From Wallemia ichthyophaga EXF-994 (lineage: Eukaryota; Fungi; Basidiomycota), in NCBI RefSeq assembly GCF_000400465.1, contig NW_008806278.1, positions 412,592 to 444,591 of the forward strand: DNA of 32,000 nucleotides, given 5' to 3'. Shown in pieces: positions 31,452 to 32,000 of this stretch. The translations under genes and the position numbers were made by a program. Each line of letters starts with the position of its first letter. Position 1 is the first letter of the stretch. The notes beneath the pieces were generated by a model that was given only the letters and a program-made list of their open reading frames with translations, was not told where the DNA came from and did no database searches.

Positions 31452-32000
31452 TTAGAGTATACCGGAATCTCGTAAAGCGTTTTGCAGTATGGTTTCTTTT
31501 ACTGCGGCAAATACCAACCTGATGTTGGATGTGTCCGTGGCTTGTGTGAGGTGTGGGTAAATGGATAGTCTCGCGCGGTTAGTTTGAGTGAATCTCCAGA
31601 GGATATACTTTGCTGCTTTATTAAGGTCCGCACCGCCTAAGTAAAGGTGTGAGTGTCATTTCAAATTAAAGTAAAGTCCAACACACCTGAGTATTCTGGG
31701 AAGTACCTCTCTAATGGAATCCTAGTTATTTTGGCACTAAATACGTCGATTTTGTTCATGAACAGAATAATCGAAGTTCTCAAGAACCATCTGCTATTTA
31801 TAACTGATTCAAAAAGCACCAGTGATTCCTGCATTCGATTTTGACCAGATTCTTCTAGCAATACCTGGTCATACTCTGATATTGCTACGCAGAAAATAAT
31901 AGAAGTCACAGCTTCGAAGCAGTGTATCCACTTTTTACGTTCAGAGCGCTGTCCACCTACGTCAAACATGTGTATAGAAAGTTGACCCATAGTGAATCTC
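31452..32000 (-). CDS. Heterotrimeric G-protein alpha subunit, group III (adenylyl-cyclase-linked GNA-3/Gpa3 type). 3' portion only; exons ...-31687 and 31636-31452
   Basis: [19 protein letters not shown]; FMNKID; YSG|[15 protein letters not shown]; [35 protein letters not shown]. The DSGIL end is typical of group III. 50-nt intron at 31637-31686. Confidence 0.95.

Noticed and set aside
1-32000. Possible functional cluster of RNA machinery (RPA190, POP3, RPB3) or respiration genes (PSST, COX10, carrier, TMEM223-like)
   Set aside because: The genes are interspersed with unrelated housekeeping genes. At about 1.5 kb per gene such co-occurrence is expected, and there is no synteny evidence available here.
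1-32000. Transposons, CRISPR arrays, rRNA and secondary-metabolite clusters
   Set aside because: No transposase, reverse transcriptase, terminal repeats, spaced direct-repeat arrays, rRNA motifs or PKS/NRPS genes were seen.

Overview
Very compact eukaryotic (fungal) DNA, about 21 protein-coding genes in 32 kb. Most GT-AG introns are 43-57 nt with CTAAC/CTGAC-like branch points. Gene density, intron size and protein sequences suggest a basidiomycete with a reduced genome, such as Wallemia (an inference that I cannot confirm here). In order: RPA190, SUN-domain SLP1, an F-box-like gene with an apparent frameshift, a LEM-less Src1/Man1-type protein, POP3, Wee1, YjbQ/UPF0047, complex I PSST (NDUFS7), a low-complexity hypothetical, ARG4, SRR1-like, COX10, a family X DNA polymerase, DCD1, SCCPDH-like oxidoreductase, RPB3, NTM1, a mitochondrial carrier, a TMEM223-like protein, an NTF2/SnoaL-like hypothetical, and the 3' part of a group III G-alpha. 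I reconstructed the exon junctions by hand. I found no rRNA, tRNA, transposon or CRISPR array, and no clearly new multi-gene pathway: this is mostly housekeeping sequence. The unusual signals are architectural. Divergent start codons lie 6, 24 and 36 bp apart. The two longest introns fold into hairpins that would restore the typical intron length. There are 13-nt and 14-nt microexons and an ATG-only coding exon, one homopolymer frameshift, a GC-rich three-gene block, and about 880 bp of unexplained intergenic DNA.
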